Assembly: GCA_046712755.1 (NCBI GenBank)
Contig: JBKKCM010000059.1
Coordinates: 9,107-73,106 of the forward strand
Source: Nitrosarchaeum sp.
GTDB taxonomy: Archaea; Thermoproteota; Nitrososphaeria; Nitrososphaerales; Nitrosopumilaceae
DNA length: 64,000 nucleotides
Direction: 5' to 3'
This document shows positions 1 to 10,320 of the stretch, in pieces. Positions within the stretch are counted from its first letter, which is position 1. Each line of letters begins with the position of its first letter. A program made the translations under genes and the position numbers. Under the pieces are notes generated by a model. It worked only from the letters and a program-made list of their open reading frames with translations. It was not told where the DNA came from and searched no databases.

Positions 1-285
1 TCAAAAGAATACTATGAGGGAAAAGTAAGACAAGCATGCATATCATGTGGAACAGTAAAGATCATCTCAGAATTGTGGGAGCCAAGATGGCAATGGGATA
101 TGGAAGGCTTGTTGTGCAAAGAATGTTTTGATAAAAAAGAGGAATCTTTTGAAGTAAAGAAAAAATTTTGTGCGTTATGTGGTACAGAGATGGGATTTAT
201 CAGACACAATCCAAAAAGCAAATGGAAGATAGAAGGTCAACTCTGTAGAAAATGTTGGGATGAAAAGAAAGCAGAGGGGGGATAA
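1..285 (+). CDS. Zn-finger repeat protein, 5'-truncated by the window edge
   Basis: Frame 1 is open from base 1 (SKEYYEGKVRQACISCG...) into the 73..285 ORF; repeated CxxC...W...G.LCxxC units. Confidence 0.7.
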   Translation, partial: SKEYYEGKVRQACISCGTVKIISELWEPRWQWDMEGLLCKECFDKKEESFEVKKKFCALCGTEMGFIRHNPKSKWKIEGQLCRKCWDEKKAEGG

Positions 286-287
286 AG

Positions 288-485
288 ATGGGATTTTTTA
301 AGAAATTTACGTGTGATGTTTGTAGCAGTAAATTTTCACATCAAGAAGAACTGATGAATCACAAGCAAATTGTACACGGAAAAGATTTGCAGTATGATTG
401 TAAAGAGTGTAAGAAATATTTTTCAAATATGGAAGATATGAGAACACATTTGCAAAGAGAACACAGCTACAAAAAAGACAGGTAA
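288..485 (+). CDS. C2H2 zinc-finger protein
   Basis: Two CxxC-x12-HxxxxH motifs (CDVC...HKQIVH; CKEC...HLQREH). Confidence 0.85.
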   Translation: MGFFKKFTCDVCSSKFSHQEELMNHKQIVHGKDLQYDCKECKKYFSNMEDMRTHLQREHSYKKDR

Positions 486-683
486 CTAGATTGCCTTGAC
501 TGTTTTAACTACAGGAGGTCTTGTCTTGGTAAATACTCTGAATCCACAGATACATTTGATTTCAGGTAGTCGGGATAATTCAGTGTTTGAAACATTGGTT
601 CCGCATCTTAAACAAGAGTAAATTACATCAAATGTTTCAGTAGTTTCTTGAACACTTGAAGTTTCAAAATTTTCTTCAACCAT
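486..683 (-). CDS. rpoP: RNA polymerase subunit P (Rpo12)
   Basis: YSCLRCG...IKCICGFRVFTKTRP zinc ribbon; ATG at 683 preferred over TTG at 695. Confidence 0.85.
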   Translation of the reverse strand: MVEENFETSSVQETTETFDVIYSCLRCGTNVSNTELSRLPEIKCICGFRVFTKTRPPVVKTVKAI

Positions 684-721
684 ATTTATCATCAAAATTT
701 CTATAATTTAAGGATACCAGA

Positions 722-1030
722 TTATGTTAGGGATAATTCAATGTAAACATCATCAGGAATCTTTAGTCTCATTAATTGTCTGATTGCTTTGTCGTCGGCA
801 CTAATGTTAATAATTCTTCGATGCATTTTCATCTCCCATTTTTCATATGTTTCAGTTCCGTTGCCACATGGCGATTTTCTTGTTGCAACATGTAGTTTCT
901 TAACAGGTAATGGAGTTGGTCCTTTAACTTTAACGCCAGTTTTTTTACCAATGCCCATAATCTCACCACAAACACCATCAAGTTTAGGAAGACTGGTGCT
1001 AGTTAGTTTGACACGAGCGGTTTGAGTCAT
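722..1030 (-). CDS. rps10: 30S ribosomal protein S10
   Basis: VKGPTPLP...RKSPCGNG..TYEKWEMKMHRR; follows tuf. Confidence 0.97.
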   Translation of the reverse strand: MTQTARVKLTSTSLPKLDGVCGEIMGIGKKTGVKVKGPTPLPVKKLHVATRKSPCGNGTETYEKWEMKMHRRIINISADDKAIRQLMRLKIPDDVYIELSLT

Positions 1031-1041
1031 ACCAACTCAAC

Positions 1042-2340
1042 CTATGGTTTGAACTCTTCAGTGATTTCCTTGACAATTCCTGCTGCAATAGTTGCCCCCA
1101 TATCTCTGAGTGCAAATCTACCCATTTCAGGAAATTCTGAGAAAGTTTCTATACAAGTTGGTCTTACAGGTCTGATTTTGACAATTGCTGCATCACCAAC
1201 TTTGAGAAACTTTGGATTCTCTTCTTCAACTGCGCCAGTAGCTGGATTGATCTTTTGAAGAAATTCAGTTATAGTTGCTGCAACTTGAGCAGTATGACAG
1301 TGCATGACTGGAGTATAACCAGGTGCAATTGCTGTTGGATGATGAATAACTATGATTTGTGCTTTGAATTCTTTTGCAACCTTTGGTGGTGCATCTGGAG
1401 TTCCAAGTACATCTCCTCTTTTGATATCTTTCTTTTCAATACCTCTAAGGTTGAATCCAATGTTGTCACCTGCTTCTGCAGTTGGCATTTCTGTGTGATG
1501 AGTTTCAATTGATTTGATTTCACCTAGAGCACCAGATGGCATTACAATGATTTTTTGTCCCGCTTTCATGGTTCCGGTTTCAACTCTACCTACAGGTACA
1601 GTACCTACACCAGTAATGGTGTAAACATCTTGAATTGGAACACGTAATGGTTTACCAACTGGTTTTTCAGGTACTGTAAAGTCATCAAATGCTTGGAGGA
1701 GTGTCTTTCCAGTATACCATGTCATGGCCTCTGATTTTTTAACCAAGTTATCACCTTTCCATCCAGAAACTGGAATGAATGGGACATTTTCTAATTTGTA
1801 ACCTACAGATTTTACTAGTTTTTCGCCTTTTTCTTTTGCGGCTTTGAATGCTGCTTCTTTATAGTCAACCGAGTCCATTTTGTTAATTGCAACAATAAGT
1901 TGGCCAACACCTAGTGTTTTTAGCAAAAATGCGTGTTCTCTTGCTTGGCCACCTGCAGCAATTGCAGTATCAGTTTCACCTTCTTTTGCTGAAAGTACCA
2001 AAATAGCTGCATCTGCTTCAGATGCACCAGTAATCATGTTTTTAATAAAGTCTCTGTGACCGGGGGCATCAATTAATGTAAAAAAGTATTTTGCTGATTC
2101 AAACTTTTGGAAAGCAAGGTCAATTGTAATACCTCTTTCTCTTTCATCTTTAATGTTATCCATAACCCACGCATACTTGAAAGTATCACCTTTTCCGGTC
2201 TTCTCGGATTCGGCTCCATGTGCTGCAATAGTTCTCTCATCTACAACACCCAAATCCATTAAGAAATGACCCATAGTTGTTGATTTTCCATTATCAATAT
2301 GACCTGTAACAATCATGTTTAGATGGGGTTTAACTGCCAT
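1042..2340 (-). CDS. tuf: Translation elongation factor EF-1alpha
   Basis: GHIDNGKST, DAPGH, NKMD GTPase motifs; likely start MAVKPH at 2340, not 2445. Confidence 0.97.
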   Translation of the reverse strand: MAVKPHLNMIVTGHIDNGKSTTMGHFLMDLGVVDERTIAAHGAESEKTGKGDTFKYAWVMDNIKDERERGITIDLAFQKFESAKYFFTLIDAPGHRDFIKNMITGASEADAAILVLSAKEGETDTAIAAGGQAREHAFLLKTLGVGQLIVAINKMDSVDYKEAAFKAAKEKGEKLVKSVGYKLENVPFIPVSGWKGDNLVKKSEAMTWYTGKTLLQAFDDFTVPEKPVGKPLRVPIQDVYTITGVGTVPVGRVETGTMKAGQKIIVMPSGALGEIKSIETHHTEMPTAEAGDNIGFNLRGIEKKDIKRGDVLGTPDAPPKVAKEFKAQIIVIHHPTAIAPGYTPVMHCHTAQVAATITEFLQKINPATGAVEEENPKFLKVGDAAIVKIRPVRPTCIETFSEFPEMGRFALRDMGATIAAGIVKEITEEFKP

Positions 2341-2471
2341 ATCGAATCGATATTCGAGGGGATTTATTACTGTTATGAATTTTTGAAAAAAATATATAAT
2401 TTTTTCAAGAATTTTTAGATCAAAAAAATTTGAAAAATTACACATAAATCAAAGGGAAAAACAGAGAAGTC

Positions 2472-3608
2472 ATGAAAATTACAGTTTCAGTGATTAAAGC
2501 AGATGTAGGTGGAATTGGTGGACATACTAGACCTAGTGATGCACTAATAGAAGCAGTTAGAAAGACTGTCAAAAGTTCTGACAGTTTATTGATTGATCAT
2601 TATATCGGATATTGTGGAGATGATGTTCACATTGTCATGTCACATACACATGGAATGGACAATGATAAAATTCACAAATTAGCATGGGATGCATTTATGG
2701 CAGGAACACAAGTTGCAAAACAAGAAGGACTTTATGGAGCAGGTCAAGATCTTCTAAAGGATTCTTTTTCAGGAAATGTAAAAGGAATGGGACCTGGTGT
2801 TGCAGAGATGGAATTTGAAGAAAGACCAAACGAGGCATTCACAGTTTTTGCTGCAGACAAGACAGAGCCAGGGGCATTTAACTATCCAATTTACAGAATG
2901 TTTGTAGATAGTTTAAGCAACACAGGACTAATTGTAAATAAATCACTTGCAAGCGGCGTGATAATTAATGTCATGGACGTAGAAGAAGGCAAAATTGCAA
3001 AACTTTCATTGTGGGAAGACAAGCCAACAATTGAAGCAGCTTTAATGTATCCAGGAAGATATGTAGTTTCAACAGTTACAACAAAACAAGGAGAACCAAT
3101 TTTGGCAGCATCAACAGATAGACTGCATAACATTGCAGGGACATATGTCGGAAAAGATGATCCAATATGTCTAATCAGAACACAAAAGAATTTTCCAGCA
3201 ACAGAAGAAGTAGGTAGTGTGTTTAACAATCCACACTATGTTGCAGGAAACACACGAGGGAGTCACAATATGCCACTAATGCCAGTAAAACTAAACTCTG
3301 CAGCATCGATCAACTTTTGCATTCCAATTGTAGAGGCACTTGTATTTAGCATGCACGATGGAAAACTGACAGGTCCATTTGATGGATTTTCAACTCCAGA
3401 TTGGGATTACATACGAGAGATCGCAACAAAAAAAGCACTTGCAATGAGAAGTCAGGGATTCATTCACCCAGCTACACTTGTTCCATCAGAATTAGAATAT
3501 GCTGAAGGATATAGAGCCAGAATAGAAATACTAGAAGCCAAGATGAAACCAATAGAGGAATCTGCGGCAAAGTCACAAAAGAAAGAAAATTACGAAGATC
3601 CAGATTAG
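2472..3608 (+). CDS. fbp: Fructose-1,6-bisphosphate aldolase/phosphatase
   Basis: KADVGGIGGH, GLYGAGQDLL, YVGKDDP, RGSHNMP motifs. Confidence 0.95.
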   Translation: MKITVSVIKADVGGIGGHTRPSDALIEAVRKTVKSSDSLLIDHYIGYCGDDVHIVMSHTHGMDNDKIHKLAWDAFMAGTQVAKQEGLYGAGQDLLKDSFSGNVKGMGPGVAEMEFEERPNEAFTVFAADKTEPGAFNYPIYRMFVDSLSNTGLIVNKSLASGVIINVMDVEEGKIAKLSLWEDKPTIEAALMYPGRYVVSTVTTKQGEPILAASTDRLHNIAGTYVGKDDPICLIRTQKNFPATEEVGSVFNNPHYVAGNTRGSHNMPLMPVKLNSAASINFCIPIVEALVFSMHDGKLTGPFDGFSTPDWDYIREIATKKALAMRSQGFIHPATLVPSELEYAEGYRARIEILEAKMKPIEESAAKSQKKENYEDPD

Positions 3609-3667
3609 AGAAAACAGAACAAAATTGAGAAATAGTTAAAAGAAATTACAACATACCAAAATCACCC

Positions 3668-4078
3668 TTGCAGCGAATCTTGAAGGTTTTTGATTGGAAG
3701 ACATACATCTTTACAGCCGTTGCAGTAATTTCATTTTCGAATTTTATGGTAGTATTATTTGGGCAAACCATACCAGCGACATTTATGACATTTTTTAGAT
3801 ATGCAGGAGAGACAATAATTTTAGGGGCAGTATTTTTGTTTGCACTGTTATGGCTGTTAAAGGCAAGACCACACAATCGTCCAAAGAGCTATTCAATAGT
3901 AGTCTTTGATGTGTATGGAAGAAAAAGCGAGATAAGCGACATCCGCACTGAATTTAAGACTCATGATGTAGCTTGGAGTTTTATGAAACAGTACAAAAAA
4001 TCATATCCATTATACAATTTTGCCATGGTATCAAAACTTTCAAAATCAGACAAGCCAACTATTTTCAGATACATTTGA
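3668..4078 (+). CDS. Conserved hypothetical membrane protein
   Basis: Two N-terminal hydrophobic segments plus soluble C-terminus. Confidence 0.6.
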   Translation: MQRILKVFDWKTYIFTAVAVISFSNFMVVLFGQTIPATFMTFFRYAGETIILGAVFLFALLWLLKARPHNRPKSYSIVVFDVYGRKSEISDIRTEFKTHDVAWSFMKQYKKSYPLYNFAMVSKLSKSDKPTIFRYI

Positions 4079-4159
4079 AATAAAATCAAAGATTTTAGGA
4101 AAATAACATGTGTTAAATTTTGAAAACATGTGTAAACGATTAGTCTATTTCACAGTGAT

Positions 4160-4501
4160 TTGAAAAGAAACTACATGAAGCTGTCTTTGGGTAAGATAAT
4201 TAGTCTGTCCATAGGCGTTGTTTTTTCGATATTATTGATAGTGTCATTTGTCGTGTATCCGGAGATGGGTGAAAAGATATTGTATGGCAAACATCCACCA
4301 GTGAAGGATTTAGAACATAGTGAAACAATAATACCGACGGCAGATGTAGAAAACAAGGAGACGACAACACCAGAAGAACGCTTGGGATACAGTGCGATAA
4401 TGATATCAGGAAATGACAAGTGCATTGAATATGCAAACAGTAAATCCGATGGCGATTTAAACAAGTTTGTAGATGAATTCAATTATTGTAATTCGCAGTA
4501 A
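4160..4501 (+). CDS. Hypothetical membrane-anchored protein
   Basis: Single N-terminal TM helix; ATG at 4175 may be the start. Confidence 0.55.
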   Translation: MKRNYMKLSLGKIISLSIGVVFSILLIVSFVVYPEMGEKILYGKHPPVKDLEHSETIIPTADVENKETTTPEERLGYSAIMISGNDKCIEYANSKSDGDLNKFVDEFNYCNSQ

Positions 4502-4566
4502 GAAATATGGCATCTCTGAATAATCAAGATTCAGACTTTTATTCAGGATAATACAATAGAACTAGA

Positions 4567-6339
4567 GTGGAGTTTTCTATTCTAGCTGATGCATTTAGTA
4601 AAATGGAATCAACTACAAAGAGATTAGAGCTAACGCAACACCTTGTAGAATTATTTGAAAAGACTCCACAAGACGTGATTTCAAGAATTGTTTATCTCTT
4701 ACAAGGAAAATTAAGACCAGATTTTGAGGGAGTTGAATTAGGAGTTGCAGAAAAGCTAGCAATAAGAGCAATAGCAAAATCAGCAGGGTCTGACAATGCT
4801 GAAAAGAAAATTGAAGATGAATACAGAAAAAGCGGGGACTTGGGACATGCAGCATCCAAAATTTTAGAGCAAAAGGAGCAGACCACGTTTATGGTTCAAG
4901 ACATTACAGTTGAGCGAGTCTATGAGAACTTGTTTACAATTGCAAAACTAGAAGGCTCAAAGACTCATGACAGAAAGATGAAATACATTTCAGGGTTGCT
5001 CAACGATGCAAGTCCAGTTGAAGCTAAATTCATACTAAAGATTTTACTTGGAACATTGCGATTAGGCATTGCAGAAAATACAGTAATGGATGCACTTGCC
5101 ATTGCGTTTACAAACAATAAGGAAAACAGAAAAGTTTTGGAGCATGCATACAATGTATCAAGTGATCTAGGAAAGGTTGCAGATATCATTGCAAGCAAAG
5201 GACTGAAAGGAATAGAAGAATTTGAAATTAATTTGTTTAATCCCATACGACCAATGCTGGCAGATAGAGTAAAAAGCGAAGAAGAGGCAATTGAAAAACT
5301 AGGAAGTTACTTTGCTGCCGAATACAAACTAGACGGAGAAAGAGTTCAATTACACATCGAAGGAGAAAAGGTGGTATTATTTTCAAGAAGCTTGGAAAAC
5401 ATTACAAGCTATTATCCAGATATTGTAGAAAAAATCCCTAAAGCAATTCAAGCACAAAAAGTAATTTTAGAAGCAGAGGCAGTTGCAATCAATGAAAACA
5501 CTGGCGAGTTTTTGCCATTCCAAGAACTGATGCATCGAAGAAGAAAATACCAAGTAGAAAAAGCAGTGGCACAGTATCCAATCACTGTAAACTTTTTTGA
5601 TGTGTTGTATCATGATGGAAAAAGCTGTTTGGAATTAGGATACAAAGAAAGAAGAAGTATTTTGGAAAAAATTGTAAAAGAAGACGACTATGCAAAACAC
5701 ATACCAATGACTATCATAAACAATCAAGACGATATTGAAGAATTTTTGGAAAATAGCATCAACTCTGGATGTGAGGGAGTGATGCTAAAGATGCTAGACA
5801 AACCATATCAAGCCGGCTCCAGAGGAAGTTATTGGCTAAAACTAAAACGAGAATACAGAAATGAACTTGGGGATAGTCTTGACCTTGTAGTGATTGGTGC
5901 ATTTTTTGGAAAGGGCAGACGAACTGGAAAATATGGAACCTTGCTTTTAGCTTCATATGATTATGACACTGATATATTTACAAGCATATGCAAAGTCGGA
6001 ACAGGATTTACAGACGAAGACCTGGATCAGCTCTATCAGATTTTATCAGATAAAGTAACAATAAAGAAAAATCCAAGGATAGATAGCGAAATGGAAGCTG
6101 ACATATGGTTTGAACCAGAACTAGTAATTGAAGTGGTTGCATCTGAAATAACTCTTAGTCCTATTCACAAGGCAGCAAGAAATGAAATTAGAAAAGATAC
6201 GGGACTGGCATTGAGATTTCCAAAGTTTACTGGAAAAATAAGACTGGAAAAAGATGCAGAGGATGCATCAACTAATGAAGAGATAATGACACTATTCAAA
6301 GGGCAGAAAAAAGTAGCTCATGACAAAAATTTAATGTAG
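4567..6339 (+). CDS. lig: ATP-dependent DNA ligase
   Basis: EYKLDGER adenylation motif, EGVMLK, WLKLK, LRFP. Confidence 0.97.
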   Translation: MEFSILADAFSKMESTTKRLELTQHLVELFEKTPQDVISRIVYLLQGKLRPDFEGVELGVAEKLAIRAIAKSAGSDNAEKKIEDEYRKSGDLGHAASKILEQKEQTTFMVQDITVERVYENLFTIAKLEGSKTHDRKMKYISGLLNDASPVEAKFILKILLGTLRLGIAENTVMDALAIAFTNNKENRKVLEHAYNVSSDLGKVADIIASKGLKGIEEFEINLFNPIRPMLADRVKSEEEAIEKLGSYFAAEYKLDGERVQLHIEGEKVVLFSRSLENITSYYPDIVEKIPKAIQAQKVILEAEAVAINENTGEFLPFQELMHRRRKYQVEKAVAQYPITVNFFDVLYHDGKSCLELGYKERRSILEKIVKEDDYAKHIPMTIINNQDDIEEFLENSINSGCEGVMLKMLDKPYQAGSRGSYWLKLKREYRNELGDSLDLVVIGAFFGKGRRTGKYGTLLLASYDYDTDIFTSICKVGTGFTDEDLDQLYQILSDKVTIKKNPRIDSEMEADIWFEPELVIEVVASEITLSPIHKAARNEIRKDTGLALRFPKFTGKIRLEKDAEDASTNEEIMTLFKGQKKVAHDKNLM

Positions 6340-6407
6340 TTTATGCGCAAAAATTACAATCAATCATAGAGGATTTAAATTACCTGAGCATATTTTGAAA
6401 TCTAGAA

Positions 6408-7061
6408 ATGTATAGCGGAGAGCTTGAAGTTCAAGCAAAAAGAAAGGCTATAGCAGTTTTACAAGACGAAATCAACAGAATCTTAAACGCCGCCAGAGAA
6501 CTTGCAACACTACCAGACCTGATGATGAAAAAAGATAAGACAGGTATCAAAAATGCACTGGAGCAAATATCAACTATCGAAGAAGAAGTAGAAAATCTTA
6601 GAAGAAAAATTACTAGAGAGGTAGCTGACGTTGGAGGTTTAATCATGAACAGAGAAAATCTTCTCAACACAGCATATACAATGGATGAGATTGCAGGTTA
6701 CATCACCGGAATAGCATTCAAACTTTCTAACATCAAGATAACTACACTGAAAAGTGCAAATCTGGACGGAGATATTACAATGTTGATAGAGTTGGTAGTA
6801 GACGAAGTTTACAAGCTAAATGAAATCATACGTAGTCTAAACACCAATACTGCTAATGCAATTGAACTAGCACAAGAAACACAAAAAATAGAACGTGAAA
6901 TAGACGTCAAATACAGACAAGCAACAATCAAGCTTTTATCAGGAGTTACAAATATGAAAGAATTATTGCTGATAAAAGATGTAATTGAAGGAATTGAAGA
7001 AATGTCAGACAAATGTCAGCGTGTCTCAGATTCTTTCATACTATTAGCATTGAGTCTATAA
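6408..7061 (+). CDS. DUF47/PhoU-like helical protein
   Basis: Two helical repeats (IEEEVENLRRKI; IEREIDVKYR). Confidence 0.7.
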   Translation: MYSGELEVQAKRKAIAVLQDEINRILNAARELATLPDLMMKKDKTGIKNALEQISTIEEEVENLRRKITREVADVGGLIMNRENLLNTAYTMDEIAGYITGIAFKLSNIKITTLKSANLDGDITMLIELVVDEVYKLNEIIRSLNTNTANAIELAQETQKIEREIDVKYRQATIKLLSGVTNMKELLLIKDVIEGIEEMSDKCQRVSDSFILLALSL

Positions 7062-7292
7062 ACACCCATCTTTTTACTTTTTAAAAATTTTTATCTTATT
7101 TTACAAAAAAAACAGATGTAGTCAGTGATAGTTTGTCTCAGAAAAGTCACATTATTAATGAAAAGCATAACAGAAAAACAAGAATTAGCCAGAGAATAAT
7201 CGAAGATTGTAAAAATTATTCTGATCATACAATGAAATTATGCGCAGATTCAGAGTAGAGAATTCATATACATAGATTATTTAAAAAAATAG

Positions 7293-7829
7293 ATGAGAAC
7301 AGAACTAGTAGAAAATAGAATCATAGTATGGGATATTGAAGATTCACGCAAATTATTTAGTCATGGTTATTACGGCAAACCAATTGGGATTTCAAAACCA
7401 AAGCCTGAAGAAATCAATGTCCCATTAATTTTAGATCTGATAGAAGGACTATATTTGCTTGAAAATAAAAAAATCTCCATTTACAAATCAAATCAAAAGA
7501 TCGCAGTTGAAGAGATGATAGAAAAGTGTAAAAAAGAATATCATGATTTTGATAAAAAATATCGAGTATACAAAAACTTTCGAGACAAAGGATATGTGAT
7601 TAATCCTGGGATAAAATTTGGATGTGATTTTGCAGTGTACGAAAAAGGACCTGGCATTGATCATGCGCCATTTTTGATTCAGGTGTATAACAGAAACGAC
7701 CCAATCACATCAACAGGAATTGTTTTGGCAGGAAGACTTGCAACTACAGTAAGAAAGCAATTCATCTTGGCAATACCAAGAGGAAAAGATAAAGTTGATT
7801 TTCTTGCACTGGATTGGTGGAAAGCCTAA
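7293..7829 (+). CDS. endA: tRNA-intron (BHB) splicing endonuclease, catalytic subunit
   Basis: GIKFGCDFAVY, GIDHAP and VRKQ carry the Tyr/His/Lys triad. Confidence 0.92.
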   Translation: MRTELVENRIIVWDIEDSRKLFSHGYYGKPIGISKPKPEEINVPLILDLIEGLYLLENKKISIYKSNQKIAVEEMIEKCKKEYHDFDKKYRVYKNFRDKGYVINPGIKFGCDFAVYEKGPGIDHAPFLIQVYNRNDPITSTGIVLAGRLATTVRKQFILAIPRGKDKVDFLALDWWKA

Positions 7830-8200
7830 ACATTTTTTATGTGTCCAGCTATTCTATCATAAATTTCAAAGAGTTCTTTTGTAATGCCAAAGTCAAGGTG
7901 ATTCTTCCAATTGCTTCTAATTCTAATTGCACCGTCAGTTGGCTCTATGTAGATTGTAGCGTCATGTATTGATTGTTTTGCAATCATTTCATTTAGTGTG
8001 TTGTCTTCATTTAGTTTTCTTGTAAGACTGCCGCTGCCATCCCACACTACTTTAAGAATTGTTTTTGAGGAAAAATGTCCCTTTGTTGTAAGTTTGGTTT
8101 TGGTGGCATAGTTTACCACTTGATCAGTTTGCTTTCTAACAATAAAGTGAGCTTGGTATCTATCAAGTGCGCCCCACGACATTGGATTTGGATCTTGCAT
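7826..8200 (-). CDS. Conserved hypothetical protein
   Basis: 124-aa ORF, tandem with 8203..8448. Confidence 0.6.
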   Translation of the reverse strand: MQDPNPMSWGALDRYQAHFIVRKQTDQVVNYATKTKLTTKGHFSSKTILKVVWDGSGSLTRKLNEDNTLNEMIAKQSIHDATIYIEPTDGAIRIRSNWKNHLDFGITKELFEIYDRIAGHIKNV

Positions 8201-8202
8201 CG

Positions 8203-8448
8203 TTATCCCTTTTGAATAATTTGAATCACGTCAATATTAGAGCCAGTAACATCAAGACACCCCTTATTTGTCATCATTCTAGGGGTGTGAGAAAAATATC
8301 TACTGTAATAATCGCCTTTTTCAACATCATCAGTTCCAATTTGTTTTGATTCAGAATCAACTCCTATCTTTTTTAGCATATCAGAAAATTTCTCAGGCCA
8401 TGATTGTAAGACAAATGTGTCTAACTCGGAATCATGCATGAAAGACAA
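8203..8448 (-). CDS. Hypothetical protein
   Basis: 81-aa ORF abutting 7826..8200; may be the N-terminal partner. Confidence 0.55.
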   Translation of the reverse strand: MSFMHDSELDTFVLQSWPEKFSDMLKKIGVDSESKQIGTDDVEKGDYYSRYFSHTPRMMTNKGCLDVTGSNIDVIQIIQKG

Positions 8449-8533
8449 AAAACTATACCCACAAATAAAGATATCAAGAAATTATTTACTCGCTGAGATC
8501 AATCCAATTAAATAATACAAAAGTTTCGTAAGT

Positions 8534-10318
8534 ATGTTTATGCTAAAATTTCATGGTAAAGTTGCTCTAGTAACAGGCAGTGGAACTGGAATTGGACAAG
8601 CCATTGCCAAAAAATTTATCGAAAATGGTGCCAGTGTAATTATTCTAGGCAGAAGACGAGAGCCGTTAGAAGAAACATCAGTAATGCTAAAAGAAATAAT
8701 TTCCAAAGTAAATAGTGGCGCCACCGTAAGAATTTTCTCCGGTGTTGATGTAAGCGATGAATCTGGAATTAATGAGATGTTTGAGACACTAAAAAAAGAA
8801 AACATTACAGTAGATTACATAATTAATAATGCAGGTGTTTCAGGACCTGTCACTTGCTTTGCAAATGCGCCACTGGATGAATTCAAAAGTACAGTCGATA
8901 TTCACTTGACTGGAACATTTTGGGGTTCAGTTCAAGCACTAAAAGTAATGAAAGAAAATGGAAAGATTGTTACAATTTCGACATTTTTCACAGAAGAAAG
9001 ACCACTAGAGCAAAGACCATACCGATTTAGAAGCCCATACACTGCATCACAGGGCGCAAAAAACAGACTAGTAGAAGCAATGTCTTGGGAATTGACAGAT
9101 AAAAAAATCATATCGATTGGAACAAATCCAGGTCCAGTGCATTCAGATAGGATTTACAAGACAGTTTACCCAAAAGCTGCAGCGGAATTTTTACGAGTAA
9201 GCGGTTTTGAGGACTTGACACCAGTTCAAGTTGATGCTGCAAACAAGGAACTATTGCCATTGTTGGGCGAAGAACAAAATATAATTAAAAATGGAATTGA
9301 AAAAGCTGCACATAAACTATCAAAAGAGAATGGAAAAGACATTGCAAAACTAACTGTTACTCTTGGCAATTTATTAAATAAAATTCAAAGCATTGCAGAA
9401 AAAGTTCAAAACAACACATCACACATGATTGCAGATAAGCAGTTCCTATCACAAGGACAAGTTGCAGAATCTGTTTTGAATCTATGTGATGACCAAATTG
9501 CAAAAATTCTAAACGGCAAGATAATTCCAGGAGACAGAGTATTTTATCCAGTCAAACCACACATTGGTACCACCACACCAGGTGTACATCAACCAGACTT
9601 TACTGGAAGATCAGTTGTCTTTACAATTGATGCAACTGAAAAATCAGATGCAGAGAGAGTTGAATATCTGGCACAGCACGTTACAAAAAATGGCGGCAAA
9701 GTTGCATGTTTTATCTCTGAATCAACTCCAAAAGAACTGCAAGAATACATTGGCGGAAAATTCCATTCCCACATAGTCAATCTCAAGAATCCAGATGAAG
9801 TCCAGAGATGGCTAAATACTGCAAAGACAAATCTTGGCAGCATACTGGCAGTAATCCACATCACAGGAAAACTGCCAAACATTGCAAAACTAACAGAACT
9901 AACAAGGGCAAAATGGCAAGAACTAATTGAAAAATTCATTACAACCCCTGCAATAGTTGGACAAAGAGCATTAGAGCAGTTTGTTCCAGGCGGAGACAAG
10001 GATCCACGATTATACAAAGATGCAAAAGGTGCCATGATGATAATTGGTCCAGATTTGCCATCTGGAACCAAAGTCACAGGACTGCAAAGGGCACAAGTAG
10101 AGGTATTTCGTGGAGCACTAAGACCATTTACAACTACAGTAAACCAAGAACTAAGTGATGTGCTTGATTCAAAGATTAGGATATTCTCAATATTTCCAGG
10201 TTCAGTTACTGGAGTGGAACCAAACAATGAGAGAATTGCTCAAGCATTGAATTTCCTAGTATCAGAGAATGCTGCATCTTCATCAGAAGTCACATTTTGT
10301 GTTGATGAATCAAGATAA
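8534..10318 (+). CDS. SDR-family oxidoreductase with two Rossmann-like domains
   Basis: TGSGTGIG, NNAG, YRFRSPY, PGPVHSDR; second domain degenerate. Confidence 0.85.
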   Translation: MFMLKFHGKVALVTGSGTGIGQAIAKKFIENGASVIILGRRREPLEETSVMLKEIISKVNSGATVRIFSGVDVSDESGINEMFETLKKENITVDYIINNAGVSGPVTCFANAPLDEFKSTVDIHLTGTFWGSVQALKVMKENGKIVTISTFFTEERPLEQRPYRFRSPYTASQGAKNRLVEAMSWELTDKKIISIGTNPGPVHSDRIYKTVYPKAAAEFLRVSGFEDLTPVQVDAANKELLPLLGEEQNIIKNGIEKAAHKLSKENGKDIAKLTVTLGNLLNKIQSIAEKVQNNTSHMIADKQFLSQGQVAESVLNLCDDQIAKILNGKIIPGDRVFYPVKPHIGTTTPGVHQPDFTGRSVVFTIDATEKSDAERVEYLAQHVTKNGGKVACFISESTPKELQEYIGGKFHSHIVNLKNPDEVQRWLNTAKTNLGSILAVIHITGKLPNIAKLTELTRAKWQELIEKFITTPAIVGQRALEQFVPGGDKDPRLYKDAKGAMMIIGPDLPSGTKVTGLQRAQVEVFRGALRPFTTTVNQELSDVLDSKIRIFSIFPGSVTGVEPNNERIAQALNFLVSENAASSSEVTFCVDESR

Positions 10319-10320
10319 GG

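Noticed and set aside
2341-2445. 35-aa N-terminal extension of EF-1alpha
   Set aside because: This is AT-rich tuf/fbp divergent promoter DNA; the homologous start is MAVKPH at 2340.
9589-10227. 212-aa antisense ORF in the SDR gene, and the many other antisense/shadow ORFs in the track
   Set aside because: They are mirror frames of well-supported genes, with no motifs or start context.
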